Under the pieces are notes generated by a model. The model had not been told where the DNA came from. It saw only the letters and a list, made by a program, of their open reading frames with translations, and made no database searches. Positions 40,856 to 51,239 of a stretch of 64,000 bases of DNA are shown in pieces. This DNA comes from Myxococcota bacterium (GTDB taxonomy: Bacteria > Myxococcota_A > UBA9160 > UBA4427). The DNA is taken from contig OZ252299.1 in assembly GCA_965250285.1 (NCBI GenBank), forward strand, positions 1,248,001 through 1,312,000. The letters are read 5' to 3'. A program made the position numbers and the translations under genes. How positions within the stretch are numbered: the stretch's first letter is position 1; each line of letters opens with the position of its first letter.

Positions 40856-41443
40856 ATGGTGAGTCTGAGAGCGTGCCGCGAGCAGGCGACGGATTTGGAT
40901 GGTCGGGTGGTCGACCCGTCGCCCAGGGAGGTCGGGCGGCTCTTCCTGGCCGACGTACTGCCCAAGCTGCTCTTGCGTTCCTGTCATCGGGTGCTCGTGG
41001 ACGGCCCACTGCTCAGCGTCGCGGGCGACGGCGAATTCGGGCGCACCGACCGGGAGCGCGTCGCCTTGGCTCGCGACCGCAATCGCCGCGCCTTCCTCGA
41101 GGTCCTGCTCGAGCCGGACTGGAAAACGGATCTCACCGGCCAGCAGGCGTTTGCCATCTAAGCCGAAGAGGTCGTTGCGCATCTCGCCAAGGTTCGGGCC
41201 GAGCTCGTGATCGATGGTGAGGTCACCGGTCTGCGTGTGGGCGTGGTCGAACGGATGTGGGACATGATCGCGGTCGCGATGTACCCGAACGGCAGCCGAC
41301 TCACGATCCGTGGGGCGGGGTTCTCGAGCCCGGCGCGACCGCCATCCGCAAACAGGCCGCCGCTCGTGATTCTGACTGGTCCTAGGCATGACCCGCCGAC
41401 CGCGTACGGCCACGCGCACGAGGCCGTGTGGAGCGCCGCATAG
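40856..41443 (+). pseudogene. Possible pseudogene with in-frame TAA (41159-41161)
   Basis: ORFs 40805-41161 and 41207-41443 share one frame separated only by a TAA (AFAI*AEEVVAHL). No family recognised. Confidence 0.4.
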
Positions 41444-41554
41444 CTTCGGGATGCCCTTCGCCATCGGAGCTAACGTCGGGCGTCATCGAAGCCAGCCCCG
41501 CGGCCGCGCACGACCACCTCGCCCCGCGACCCGGGCCGCATCGAGGAGAAGCCC

Positions 41555-43228
41555 ATGAGCCCCGCCCTGAATGCCACGACCCTCTGCGAAGCGTTCCAGA
41601 ACACCGCCCAGGCGCGTCCCGACGCCACGGCCGTGCGCACACCGGGCGGAGGCACGTCGATCGACTGGTCGGGCTATCGGCAGCGCGTCGAGCGCATCGC
41701 ACGCGGGCTCGCGGCGCTGGGCGTCTCGCGCGGCGACACCGTTGGGCTCATGATGACGAACCGCCCCGAGTTCAGCCTCGTCGACACGGCGGCGCTGCAT
41801 CTCGGCGCCACGCCGTTCTCGATCTACAACACGTCGGCGCCCGAGCAGATCGCGTACCTCTTCGGCAACGCCGAGAACCGGGTCGTCGTGTGCGAAGAGC
41901 AGTTCGTGCCGAGGATCCTCGAGGCGCGGGGCGAGACCGGCCTCGAGCATGTCGTCTGCATCGACGGCGAGCCCGACGGCACCCTCTCGATCGAAGGGCT
42001 CGAGGCGGGCGGAGACCCGAGCTTCGACTTCGAAGCCGCTTGGCGCGCGGTCACGCCCGATGACGTCGCGACCCTCATCTACACGTCGGGGACGACGGGG
42101 CCGCCCAAGGGCGTCGAGCTCACGCACGGCAACATCATCGCCGAGCTGCAGGCCATCATCGGCTTTCTCTCGATCACGCCGGACGATCGCGCGATCTCGT
42201 ATCTGCCCTCGGCGCACGTGGCCGATCGACTCTTGTCGCTCTACGCCAGCATCGGTTTCGGTGTCGAGGTCACGTATCTCGACAATCCGGCGGGCATCCT
42301 CGGCGCGACCATCGACGTGCGACCCACCTTTTTCGGCGGTGTGCCGCGCATCTGGGAGAAGCTGATGGCCGGGCTGCAGGCGGCCGGGGTGGCCGATCCC
42401 GGGGCGCTCGATGACGCCACCCGCCAGGCCACGCTCGAGAAGATCGGCATGGATCAGGTCAACTCGGCAGTGTGCGGTGCGGCCCCGGTGCCGACCGAGG
42501 TGCTCGAGTACTTCCTCGCCTTCGGGATCCGAGTGCAGGAGGTCTGGGGCATGTCGGAGCTGACGGGCGTCGCGACGATCAACCCGAGTGACGACCTGCG
42601 CATCGGCACCGTGGGCGTGGTCGTGCCGGGCACCGAGGTCAAGCTGGCCGACGACGGCGAGCTGCTCTGCCGCGGACCGATCGTCATGCGGGGCTACCGC
42701 AACCAGCCCGAGAAGACCGCCGAGACCATCGACGCCGACGGCTGGCTCGCCACGGGCGATATCGCCGAGATCGACGCGGACGGCTACGTCAAGATCGTCG
42801 ATCGCAAGAAGGAGCTCATCATCAACGCGGCGGGCAAGAACATGTCGCCCGCGAACATCGAGCAGAAGCTGAAGGCGGCGAGCCCCCTGATCGGGCAGGC
42901 CGTGACCATCGGCGACGGCCGCAAGTACAACGTGGCCCTGCTGGTGCTCGACCCCGACAACGCGGCGGCCTACGCGAAGCAGCACGGCCTCGCCGACGCG
43001 TCGGCGGCAGCGCTCGCTGGCCACGCCGATGTGCATGCGCTGATCGAGCAGGCCGTCGAGGCCGCGAACGCCCGGATGGCGCGGGTCGAACAGATCAAGA
43101 AGTTCGTCATCCTGCCGACCGACTGGGTGCCCGGTGGCGACGAGCTGACCCCCACGTCGAAGCTCAAGCGCAAGCCCATCGCCGAAAAGTATGCGGCCGA
43201 GATCGAGTCGCTGTACGCCGAGGGGTAG
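41555..43228 (+). CDS. Long-chain fatty acid-CoA ligase (FadD11-like)
   Basis: YTSGTTGPPKG, WGMSE, TGDI, DRKKELII.A.GKN, ELTPTSKLKR. Confidence 0.93.
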   Translation: MSPALNATTLCEAFQNTAQARPDATAVRTPGGGTSIDWSGYRQRVERIARGLAALGVSRGDTVGLMMTNRPEFSLVDTAALHLGATPFSIYNTSAPEQIAYLFGNAENRVVVCEEQFVPRILEARGETGLEHVVCIDGEPDGTLSIEGLEAGGDPSFDFEAAWRAVTPDDVATLIYTSGTTGPPKGVELTHGNIIAELQAIIGFLSITPDDRAISYLPSAHVADRLLSLYASIGFGVEVTYLDNPAGILGATIDVRPTFFGGVPRIWEKLMAGLQAAGVADPGALDDATRQATLEKIGMDQVNSAVCGAAPVPTEVLEYFLAFGIRVQEVWGMSELTGVATINPSDDLRIGTVGVVVPGTEVKLADDGELLCRGPIVMRGYRNQPEKTAETIDADGWLATGDIAEIDADGYVKIVDRKKELIINAAGKNMSPANIEQKLKAASPLIGQAVTIGDGRKYNVALLVLDPDNAAAYAKQHGLADASAAALAGHADVHALIEQAVEAANARMARVEQIKKFVILPTDWVPGGDELTPTSKLKRKPIAEKYAAEIESLYAEG

Positions 43229-43367
43229 GGGGGCGAGGGGTCGGGTCGCTGCTCGAGGTCTCCGCGATCTGGCTGGGATATGCGTGAACTCGCGGCCTCT
43301 CTTCCTCGCAACGGCGACCTACAGTGACGCCTGTCGATGTCATCGACTTCAGCAAGGGGCTTGTCGG

Positions 43368-44426
43368 GTGAGAACAGAGTCTTCTTGGCGCGCGAGGATC
43401 GGGCATGGGCGCTCGATTGCAATCATCGGATTCGTTTTGGGGATGCTGGCCCCATCGGTCGCTCTGACCGACGAGCCCTCGATTCGCGACCACCTCGTCG
43501 ACGTCGGTGGCTTCTCGATCAAGAAGATCGAGTCGATCGGCGATTCGGTGCTCGTGCGCGAGATCGACGTGCCCAATGCGTCGCGCGAGGCCGGTTTCGC
43601 GGGTCTCATCCGCATCCAGAGCACGGGTGATGCCCTCGTGCGGGCGCTGGCGAAGCGGGACGTCGCCGTGCTCGGCGACACCCAGGCGGCCGGGTTCTTC
43701 TCCGATCCGGCGAAGGCGAGCGACGTCGACCGACTGACCTTCTCCGATTCCGACTTCGAGGTGCTCGCCGAGTGCCACGTCGGCGACTGCAAGTTCAAGC
43801 TCGGCGAGGCTGGGATCGAGCGCATCGAGTCGATCGACTGGAAGGCGCCGGGCGCCAAGAAGACGGTGACCGATCTGTTCCGCCGTGAAGCGGTCAGCTA
43901 CGTGAATGCGTACCGAGAGCAGGGCGACGCGGCGCTCATCGTCTACGACGACAAGAAGCAGCCGGTCGCCCTCGCCAAGACCTTCGAAGATCTGCTCACG
44001 CAGTTCGTGGCGTTCGAACGCGTGGCGCCGAAGTTCGTCTCGTCGCTGAGCACGTATCCGAAAGGGGAGCGCTCGGGCACCGCCGCCGCGCTCGACTGGT
44101 CGGTGCGCGACTTCGGGCGACGTCCGACGCTGACGATCGATCAGCTGGTGGTCGACGTCGAGCCCGAGGATGCGAACCTCGACCTGCTCTTCGCGTCGAA
44201 GACCCTGTACGCGAACCACTACGTGGCCGCCCGCATCCAGATGGGCGCCGTGATCGAGGGCGACAAGGCGCTCGGCGTGCCCGGTCGCTACATGCTGCTC
44301 GTCGACCGCATCGTCTTCGACGACGACCTGAACGGGTTCAAGCGGGCGCTGCTCGGCCGCGGCCTCTCGTCGGATCTCGAGGATCGAATGAAGGGCCTGC
44401 GCCGCCTCGCCGACGGCGGCCGCTAG
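43368..44426 (+). CDS. Hypothetical exported protein (start uncertain)
   Basis: Signal-like IAIIGFVLGMLAPSVA; host-like codon usage over about 350 aa. Confidence 0.7.
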   Translation: MRTESSWRARIGHGRSIAIIGFVLGMLAPSVALTDEPSIRDHLVDVGGFSIKKIESIGDSVLVREIDVPNASREAGFAGLIRIQSTGDALVRALAKRDVAVLGDTQAAGFFSDPAKASDVDRLTFSDSDFEVLAECHVGDCKFKLGEAGIERIESIDWKAPGAKKTVTDLFRREAVSYVNAYREQGDAALIVYDDKKQPVALAKTFEDLLTQFVAFERVAPKFVSSLSTYPKGERSGTAAALDWSVRDFGRRPTLTIDQLVVDVEPEDANLDLLFASKTLYANHYVAARIQMGAVIEGDKALGVPGRYMLLVDRIVFDDDLNGFKRALLGRGLSSDLEDRMKGLRRLADGGR

Positions 44427-44467
44427 CGGGGGCGGGCCTGCCGGCCGAGGCAGGGTACGCTCTCGCG

Positions 44468-46576
44468 ATGCCTGAGATTCCCACCTTCTGCAGAGTCTGT
44501 GAGCCGAGCTGCGGCCTCGTGGCGACCGTCGAAGACGGTGCGCTGGTCGGCCTGCGTCCCGACGCCGATCACCCCGTCACCGCGGGTTTCGCCTGCAACA
44601 AGGGCCTCGCCGGGCTCGAGCTGCACCGCGATCCCGATCGCTGCGACTACCCCGAGCGACGACGCGAAGACGGCACCTTCGAGCGCATCAGCTGGGACGA
44701 GGCGATCGAGGGGATCGCGGGGCGGCTGCGCAAAATCCTCGACGAGCATGGGCCGGGTGCGGTCGGCTCGTACGTCGGCAACCCGACAGCGTTCAATGCG
44801 CTCGCGGGTCCGGCGCTGGGCTCGTTCCTCGGTCAGCTCGGCGTGCGCTGGAACTTCAGCTCGGGCACGCAGGACTGCGCGAACAAGTTCGCCGGCAGCG
44901 AGGCCGTCTACGGCACGTCGACCTGTCATCCGATCCCCGACTTCGATCACACGGATCACCTGCTCGTTCTCGGCTCGAACCCGCGCGTCTCGCGGATGAG
45001 CTTCGTCTCGATCGCCGACCCGATGCGCAAGCTGCGTGAGATCGGCGCCCGGGGCGGCGTGGTGCGCTTCGTGAATGCCCGCGAGATCGAAAGCGCGCCG
45101 GGCACGGGTGAGGTCGTGCTGGTGCGGCCCGACAGCGACGTGTACTTGCTCGCCGCCATGATCCACGCGATCGCCGCCTCGGGGCGCATCGATCGCGCCG
45201 TCGTCGAAGCGCACGGCGCTCGCGTCGATGCGTTGCTCGACTTCGCGGCGATGTATCCGCCCGAACGCGTCGCCGACGTCGTCGGCCTCGGCGCCGACCG
45301 CATTCGCGAGTTGGCGTTCGAGTTTGCCGATGCACCGAGCGCCTCGGCGACGATGTCGACCGGGCTCAACATGGGCCGACAGGGGACGCTCGCCTACTGG
45401 CTGGTGCAGATGCTCGTCTTCGTAACCGGCAATCTCGATCGCCGCGGCGGCAACGTCTACGGCGAAGGCTTCTACGCCGGTGCGCCGCGAAGCGGCCGAA
45501 CCGAGCCCGAACGCCACTTCTTCGAGTCGCCGTGGGGGCGGATCCGACGGATCCGCGGCTCGCTGCCGGGCAACCTGATCGCCGACGCGGTGCAGACCGA
45601 CGACAACCCGATGCGAGCCCTGTTCGTGGTGGCCGGCAATCCGCTGCTGACCGTCGGGGGTGAGGAGCGTATGCGTGCCGCCTTCGAACGGCTCGATCTG
45701 CTCGTCACCATTGATCTCTACCGCAACGCGACCGGCCAGCTGGCCGACTATGTCCTGCCTGCGACCGACGGCTTCGAGCGCGACGACCTGAACCTCTGCG
45801 GTCTCGGGCTGCAGCACCAGCCGTTCGTGCAGGTGACCCGGCCCGTCGTCGAGCCGCGGGGCGAGCGCCGGCCCGAGTGGTGGATCTTCGGCCGCCTCGA
45901 GCAGGCGCTCGGCCTGAAGAGCGCGCTCGATCGAGGCGAGCGCCCCGCGCTCTTCTCGCGCCTCGACCATATGTTGCGCGGCACCGGGCTCACGACCGAC
46001 GCGATCGCCGAGGCCCCGAGCGCGACAGCGGTGCTGCCGGGGCGCGAGCCCGGTCGGTTCTACGACGATGTCGTGCAGACCGAGGACGGGCGCGTCGACT
46101 GCTACCCGGCGCTCTTCGAGACCGAGGGCGCGATCGAACGCGCCGGCGCGATCTTCGACGAGCTGGCCCGCGAGACCGAGGGACAGCTCAAGCTGATCAC
46201 GAAGCGCGAGCCGTCGATGCACAACAGCTGGTATCAGAACCTGCCGAAGGTGCGCGGTCGCCGGCATCGCGAGCCGCGCCTCTGGATGCACCCGGAAGAT
46301 GCCGCGGGTCGCGGGCTCGAGGTGGGCGATCGGGTGCGGGTATCGAACGCGTGGGGTGAGATCGAGGTCGAGCTGGCGTTCGACCCGGGGCTCGTGCGGG
46401 GCGCCGCGGCGCTGCCGCATGGCGGCGGCAACGCGCGCACGCCGGCGCTCACCTTTGCGAGTGAGGAGCCCGGAGCCAATGCGAATCGGCTCTTGCCGAG
46501 TGGACCGGGCAGCTTCGAACCGATCAGCGGCCAGGCGTTCATGACCGGGATCCCCATCGAGGTCGAGCGCGTGTAG
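44468..46576 (+). CDS. Molybdopterin-dependent oxidoreductase (DMSO reductase family)
   Basis: CRVCEPSC...CNKG [4Fe-4S] motif, ISWDEA, GNLDRRGG, ADYVLP, HNSW, MHPEDA. Confidence 0.92.
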   Translation: MPEIPTFCRVCEPSCGLVATVEDGALVGLRPDADHPVTAGFACNKGLAGLELHRDPDRCDYPERRREDGTFERISWDEAIEGIAGRLRKILDEHGPGAVGSYVGNPTAFNALAGPALGSFLGQLGVRWNFSSGTQDCANKFAGSEAVYGTSTCHPIPDFDHTDHLLVLGSNPRVSRMSFVSIADPMRKLREIGARGGVVRFVNAREIESAPGTGEVVLVRPDSDVYLLAAMIHAIAASGRIDRAVVEAHGARVDALLDFAAMYPPERVADVVGLGADRIRELAFEFADAPSASATMSTGLNMGRQGTLAYWLVQMLVFVTGNLDRRGGNVYGEGFYAGAPRSGRTEPERHFFESPWGRIRRIRGSLPGNLIADAVQTDDNPMRALFVVAGNPLLTVGGEERMRAAFERLDLLVTIDLYRNATGQLADYVLPATDGFERDDLNLCGLGLQHQPFVQVTRPVVEPRGERRPEWWIFGRLEQALGLKSALDRGERPALFSRLDHMLRGTGLTTDAIAEAPSATAVLPGREPGRFYDDVVQTEDGRVDCYPALFETEGAIERAGAIFDELARETEGQLKLITKREPSMHNSWYQNLPKVRGRRHREPRLWMHPEDAAGRGLEVGDRVRVSNAWGEIEVELAFDPGLVRGAAALPHGGGNARTPALTFASEEPGANANRLLPSGPGSFEPISGQAFMTGIPIEVERV

Positions 46577-46643
46577 TCGAGCGCTGCACTGGGCCAGACC
46601 GAGAGCGCGATGGATCATCGAGCGGTGCGTCGTTCGCGTCTGC

Positions 46644-47915
46644 TCAGTGAGACTCGATGGGCTCCTGGAGGGTCACGTCGAGCCCGGTCAGCATCCAGCG
46701 TCCCGTCTTCGACTCGACGATGAGCTCTGCGCGCACGCGATTGCGTCGGGTGTGCGCGAGGCCCCAGTGTCGGTCCGAGCCTTCCACGACCCACGTCGCG
46801 TCGGCGGCGAACCCATCTTCCCATGTCGCGGTCACCTCGAGCGCTTCGAGCGCGACGTTCTTCAGCTTGGCGTGGGCGCCGCCCTGATTCGCGAGCACCA
46901 GGCCGCGCCGGGTCTCGGCGTCAATTCGCTCGAGTAGATCGCCCGATGCGCTCTGCGCGAGTGTGTCGTAGACGCGCGCCTCGTCGCGGTGGTCGAACGC
47001 GCGGTAGACGTTGTGGAGCAGGGCGTGCACGACGTCGTGGCCGCGTTCGGCGTCGACCCGGACACGGCCACCGAACCAGAACGCGGCACCGGTGAGCGCC
47101 GCGACGAGGATCGCGATGGGCGCCCGCCGCCGCATGTCGCGGATGCTCCAGAGCAGCACCCCCGATGCGAGGATCAGCAGCCCCCACGCTCCGTCGGCCG
47201 CCAGCCGCTCGAGGGGGCTTGGTGGGGGCACGACTTCGACGAGCGTCGGCAGCTCGGGCAACGGCCGGGGTCTCTTCCACTCGAGCGTCGGCTCATCGCG
47301 GTCGAGCAGCGTGGCCTTCGATCCAGCGCGATCGAACGAGACCGCACGGATCTGGTCGAGCGGCTCTCGGAAGAGCTCCCACTCGAGGGCCACGTGCTCG
47401 GGGAGGTCGGCGGTCGGGTAGACGAAGACCGCGCCGAGGATCGCGCTGTGCACGTCGAGCGCTTCGGGTGGTTCGATCACCCGGCTCGTGCCCGGCCTGC
47501 GCTCGAGGAAGTGGATGCGCGCGAGGTCGCCGTTCGCCGGCTCTCCGTCGATCTCGACGGGGAGGTGGTCGGCCAGGAACGCGCCCGCGCGGCGCTTCAG
47601 CTCGGACTGCTGCTCCACCGGGATCGTGTCGCGGCCCCCGAGGTCGAGGTCGACCCACTGTTGCAGGTCGAATGGACGCATGACGATCTCCATGCGCACC
47701 TCGTCGGGATGGACGTAGAGAAAAGCGGACGTCGCTGCATCTTCGAGTGACCCAACCGCGATTTCGTCGCGCACCACGCGCTCGCTCGGTTCGATCGACC
47801 CGATGGTGGCGTCGGCGCGAGCCTCGGGCGGCACGACGAACAGGACCGCCCACACGGCGAGCCACGGCCAGCGCAGCCGATTGGCGCCAGAACAATCAAG
47901 GCGGCGGGACTTCAC
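46644..47915 (-). CDS. Hypothetical membrane-anchored protein
   Basis: Signal peptide, two central TM segments, C-terminal LLHNVYRAFD...HWG..H.RRN segment. Confidence 0.7.
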   Translation of the reverse strand: MKSRRLDCSGANRLRWPWLAVWAVLFVVPPEARADATIGSIEPSERVVRDEIAVGSLEDAATSAFLYVHPDEVRMEIVMRPFDLQQWVDLDLGGRDTIPVEQQSELKRRAGAFLADHLPVEIDGEPANGDLARIHFLERRPGTSRVIEPPEALDVHSAILGAVFVYPTADLPEHVALEWELFREPLDQIRAVSFDRAGSKATLLDRDEPTLEWKRPRPLPELPTLVEVVPPPSPLERLAADGAWGLLILASGVLLWSIRDMRRRAPIAILVAALTGAAFWFGGRVRVDAERGHDVVHALLHNVYRAFDHRDEARVYDTLAQSASGDLLERIDAETRRGLVLANQGGAHAKLKNVALEALEVTATWEDGFAADATWVVEGSDRHWGLAHTRRNRVRAELIVESKTGRWMLTGLDVTLQEPIESH

Positions 47916-47933
47916 GCGGCGGCGTCGACGGAT

Positions 47934-48965
47934 TCAGCTCGGTCCATCGCGGATCAGGCCCTGCTCGGTGAAGTAGCGCAGTGCGCCAGGATGCACCGGG
48001 GCGACCATGCCTCGCACCATCTGCTTCGGGCCCAGACCGCGCAGTACCGGGTCGAATCGGCCGAGCTCTCCCACGTTCTCGAACACGGTCTTGGTGACCT
48101 CGTAGACGAGATCGTCGGGCGCGCTCGCAGACGTGACGAAGACGGTCTTGACTCCGACCGTCTCGACGTCGGTCTCGTTCTCGATGCCGGGGTAGAGCTC
48201 GGGTGAGATCGTGACCCGGTTGTAGAAGGGCTGGCGACGAGCGACCTCGTCGGCGTGCTCGACGGGGACGAGCCGCGCGCGCGGCATCGAGTTCACGGCG
48301 AAGAGGATGTCACTCGTCGGGTGACCGACGGTGGTGAAGAACGCGTCGAGGTCACCGCGCAGGTACATGGCCGAGCGCTCGTCGGGTTTCGCCTCGCTGA
48401 TCTGCGACTGCTCTCGCCAGTCGGCGCGAATCGCATCGAGCACGTGCACGGCGTTGCTGTTCGCGCCCGACTCGGCGTGCCCGATGTCGACGCGGCGTCC
48501 GATCAGATCGGCGGCCGACACGATCCCCGAGTCTCGCGTAGCCACGATCGTGACGGCCTCGGTATAAAGCGTGAAGACCGATCTCAGCTCGCGCTGGGGG
48601 CCGCGCTCGGCCCAGGGGCCCGTGCCGTCCACCGCGTCGAACTCGACGTCGGCCTGGGCGAGACCGAACGTGACGTCGCCCGAGAGCACGCCGTCGATGT
48701 TCGCGACCGAGCCCGAGGTCGGGACATCGCTCAGGCGCATGCCCGAATCGGGGTTCTTTTGGTTCACCACCCGGGCGATCGCCGTCGCGGTGGCCGAGTA
48801 GCTCCCGGCCGTGCTGCCCGAGCCGATGCCGACCACCGTCGGCTTGCGCTCGGTGCACGCGACCGCCGCGAGCAGCAGAGCTGCCACGGCGACGATCGCC
48901 GTGCGGCGGTCCCAAGATTCGATTCGTGCGCGCATCTTCCCCCCGATTCGATCCGTCGGCTGCAT
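47934..48965 (-). CDS. TAXI-family TRAP solute-binding lipoprotein
   Basis: GSGSTAGSY, TSGSVAN, LAQAD, LYTE, PVHPGALRY; TGATG overlap. Confidence 0.9.
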   Translation of the reverse strand: MQPTDRIGGKMRARIESWDRRTAIVAVAALLLAAVACTERKPTVVGIGSGSTAGSYSATATAIARVVNQKNPDSGMRLSDVPTSGSVANIDGVLSGDVTFGLAQADVEFDAVDGTGPWAERGPQRELRSVFTLYTEAVTIVATRDSGIVSAADLIGRRVDIGHAESGANSNAVHVLDAIRADWREQSQISEAKPDERSAMYLRGDLDAFFTTVGHPTSDILFAVNSMPRARLVPVEHADEVARRQPFYNRVTISPELYPGIENETDVETVGVKTVFVTSASAPDDLVYEVTKTVFENVGELGRFDPVLRGLGPKQMVRGMVAPVHPGALRYFTEQGLIRDGPS

Positions 48966-50536
48966 CACAGCACCCGCGTCTCGTGGCCCTTCCAGTACTC
49001 GTCCTTGAGCAGCCGCTTGTAGAGCTTGCCGGTCGGATGCCTCGGCAGCTCCTCGCGAAAGTCGATGCTGCGTGGACACTTGACGTCGGCCAGATGGTCG
49101 CGGCAGTAGGCGACCAGCTCACGCTCGAGCGCCTCGCTCGCTTCGCTCATGTCGATGGGCTGGACGACCGCCTTCACCTCTTCGCCGAAGTCGGTGTTCG
49201 GGACGCCGAAGACGGCGACGTCCTGCACCTTCGGGTGCATGGTCAGCACGTTCTCGGCCTCTTGCGGGTAGATGTTCACGCCCCCGCTGATGATCATGTT
49301 CGCCTTGCGGTCGGTCAGGTAGAGAAAGCCGTCTTCGTCGAGCTTGCCGATGTCGCCGAGTGTGCTCCAGTCGCCGAGATAGCTGTTCGCCGTCTTCTCC
49401 GGGTCGTTGTGGTACTCGAATGCGCTGCCGCCGGCGGGTGTGGGCGACTCGAAGTAGATGCCGCCTTCCTCGCCGACGCCGAGCTCGTGGCCTTCGTCGT
49501 CGACGATGTGGATCGTGCAGTTGATCGGCTTGCCCACGCTGCCGGGGTGCGCGAGCCAGTCACCCGGCGAGCAGTAGACGAAGCCGTTGCCCTCGGTGCC
49601 CGCGTAGTACTCGTGGATCACCTCGCCCCACCACTCGAGCATCTTGCGCTTCACGTCGACGGGGCAGGGCGCGGCCGCGTGCACCGCCATCTTCAGGCTC
49701 GACACGTCGTAGCGAGCCCGGGTTTCTTCGGGCAGCTTGAGCATGCGGACGAACATCGTCGGGACCCACTGGCTGTGCGTGACCCGGTGCTGCTCGATGG
49801 CGGCGAGGGCGCCCTCGGCGTCGAAGTGCTCCATCACGACGATCGTCGCGCCGACGCGAAGGAACTGGGTGCAGTAGCGCAGAGGCGCCGAGTGGTAGAG
49901 CGGCGCGGGGGACAGATAGACGCTCTCGTCGTTCGCACCAAAGAGCCCGGCGATCAGGCCGAGAAGCGCCTCGCCGCTGCCGAGCGGCTTGCCCGGCACC
50001 GTGAGCTTGACGCCCTTCGGGCGACCGGTCGTGCCCGACGAGTACAGCATCGGCAGCGACTCGATGCGGCCATCGAGCGGCTCGTTCGATTGTGCGGCGA
50101 TCGCGTCTTCGAACGATGCGAAGCCGGGCAGATCGCCGCCCACCGAGAGCTTGACGTCGAGGCGCTCGAGGGCGGGCGCGATCGCATCGATCACGTCGGC
50201 TTTGTACGGGCTGGTGATGAAGGCGCGGCTGCCGCTGTCCTCGATGATGTAGGCGATCTCGTCTGCCGTGAGCCGAGAGCTGATGGCGGTGTAGTAGAGC
50301 CCCGCATAGTGAGCGCCCCACATGATCGGCAGATACTCCGCACGATTCTCCATGCAGAAGGCCATGTGATCGCCGGGCTTCAGGCCCGCGTCACGGAACA
50401 CGCGCGAGAGGCGATTCGCCATGTCGTCGAGCTGGGCGTAGGTCACGACATCGCCGGTCTCGTGCATCACGATGGCCGGCTTGTCGGGTGTCTTCGCGGC
50501 CCAGGTGCCGGGGTAGAACTCGGGTGCATCGCTCAT
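48965..50536 (-). CDS. Acyl-CoA synthetase (FadD4-like)
   Basis: YSSGTTGRPKG, PLYHSAP, HAAAPCP, YAGTE, DRKANMIISGGVNIYP, TGKL. Confidence 0.93.
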   Translation of the reverse strand: MSDAPEFYPGTWAAKTPDKPAIVMHETGDVVTYAQLDDMANRLSRVFRDAGLKPGDHMAFCMENRAEYLPIMWGAHYAGLYYTAISSRLTADEIAYIIEDSGSRAFITSPYKADVIDAIAPALERLDVKLSVGGDLPGFASFEDAIAAQSNEPLDGRIESLPMLYSSGTTGRPKGVKLTVPGKPLGSGEALLGLIAGLFGANDESVYLSPAPLYHSAPLRYCTQFLRVGATIVVMEHFDAEGALAAIEQHRVTHSQWVPTMFVRMLKLPEETRARYDVSSLKMAVHAAAPCPVDVKRKMLEWWGEVIHEYYAGTEGNGFVYCSPGDWLAHPGSVGKPINCTIHIVDDEGHELGVGEEGGIYFESPTPAGGSAFEYHNDPEKTANSYLGDWSTLGDIGKLDEDGFLYLTDRKANMIISGGVNIYPQEAENVLTMHPKVQDVAVFGVPNTDFGEEVKAVVQPIDMSEASEALERELVAYCRDHLADVKCPRSIDFREELPRHPTGKLYKRLLKDEYWKGHETRVL

Positions 50537-50573
50537 CGGGCGCTCCTCGTGCGCCGCGAGACCGGCGCGCCGG

Positions 50574-51164
50574 TCAGGTGTAGCGAAGTCGGCGTACGCC
50601 TCGCCCGAGTGCGACGAGACCCAGCGCGAGGAGCAGCGCCGTGCTCGGCTCGGGGATCGGTGTGCTCGTCACGATGATGTCGCCGGCGGACCAGAGTTCG
50701 AGGGGCGCCGTGAGGTTCGACGCGATCGTGACGTGAAAGGGGTCGGCGCTGAATCTCGTGTCGCCGTCGGCGAAGGGTTCGCAGCCCCCCGCGCAGAGCT
50801 CGACGTGGCCCATGCCGACGTCGAGCTGCACCGACGCGTCGACGACGACGTCGCCGTTCGCGCGCCAGTCGAGGCCGGGCGCCGAGAAGACGCCCGACGG
50901 CACGTGGACCACCATCAAGCCAGCGGTCGAGATCGGCGTGCCCAGCGTCGATGGGCCGAGCACCACGTGGAACACGCCGCCCGGATCGATCGGGCCGATG
51001 CCGCCCGGATCGATTGGGCCGATGCCGATCGGTGGCGCGAGCTCGGCCGGCGGCAGGCCCGGGGAAGAGCCGCACGGCGCGAAGCAGATCGTGATCGCCG
51101 ACGCGGCGGGGGGCATCCCCGTCAGGGCGAGCAGCGTGACGAGCGTTGCGAAGGAAGGGCGCAT
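50574..51164 (-). CDS. PEP-CTERM sorting-domain protein
   Basis: Signal peptide (…AASA); C-terminal IPEPSTALLLALGLVALG + RGVRR; GIGPIDPG x2. Confidence 0.85.
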   Translation of the reverse strand: MRPSFATLVTLLALTGMPPAASAITICFAPCGSSPGLPPAELAPPIGIGPIDPGGIGPIDPGGVFHVVLGPSTLGTPISTAGLMVVHVPSGVFSAPGLDWRANGDVVVDASVQLDVGMGHVELCAGGCEPFADGDTRFSADPFHVTIASNLTAPLELWSAGDIIVTSTPIPEPSTALLLALGLVALGRGVRRLRYT

Positions 51165-51239
51165 GGAGGAGTGTGGTCCGGCGGCCTCGAAAATGGCACG
51201 CCCAACTCGAGCGCGTCCCGTGAATGGAGGAAGACCGTG

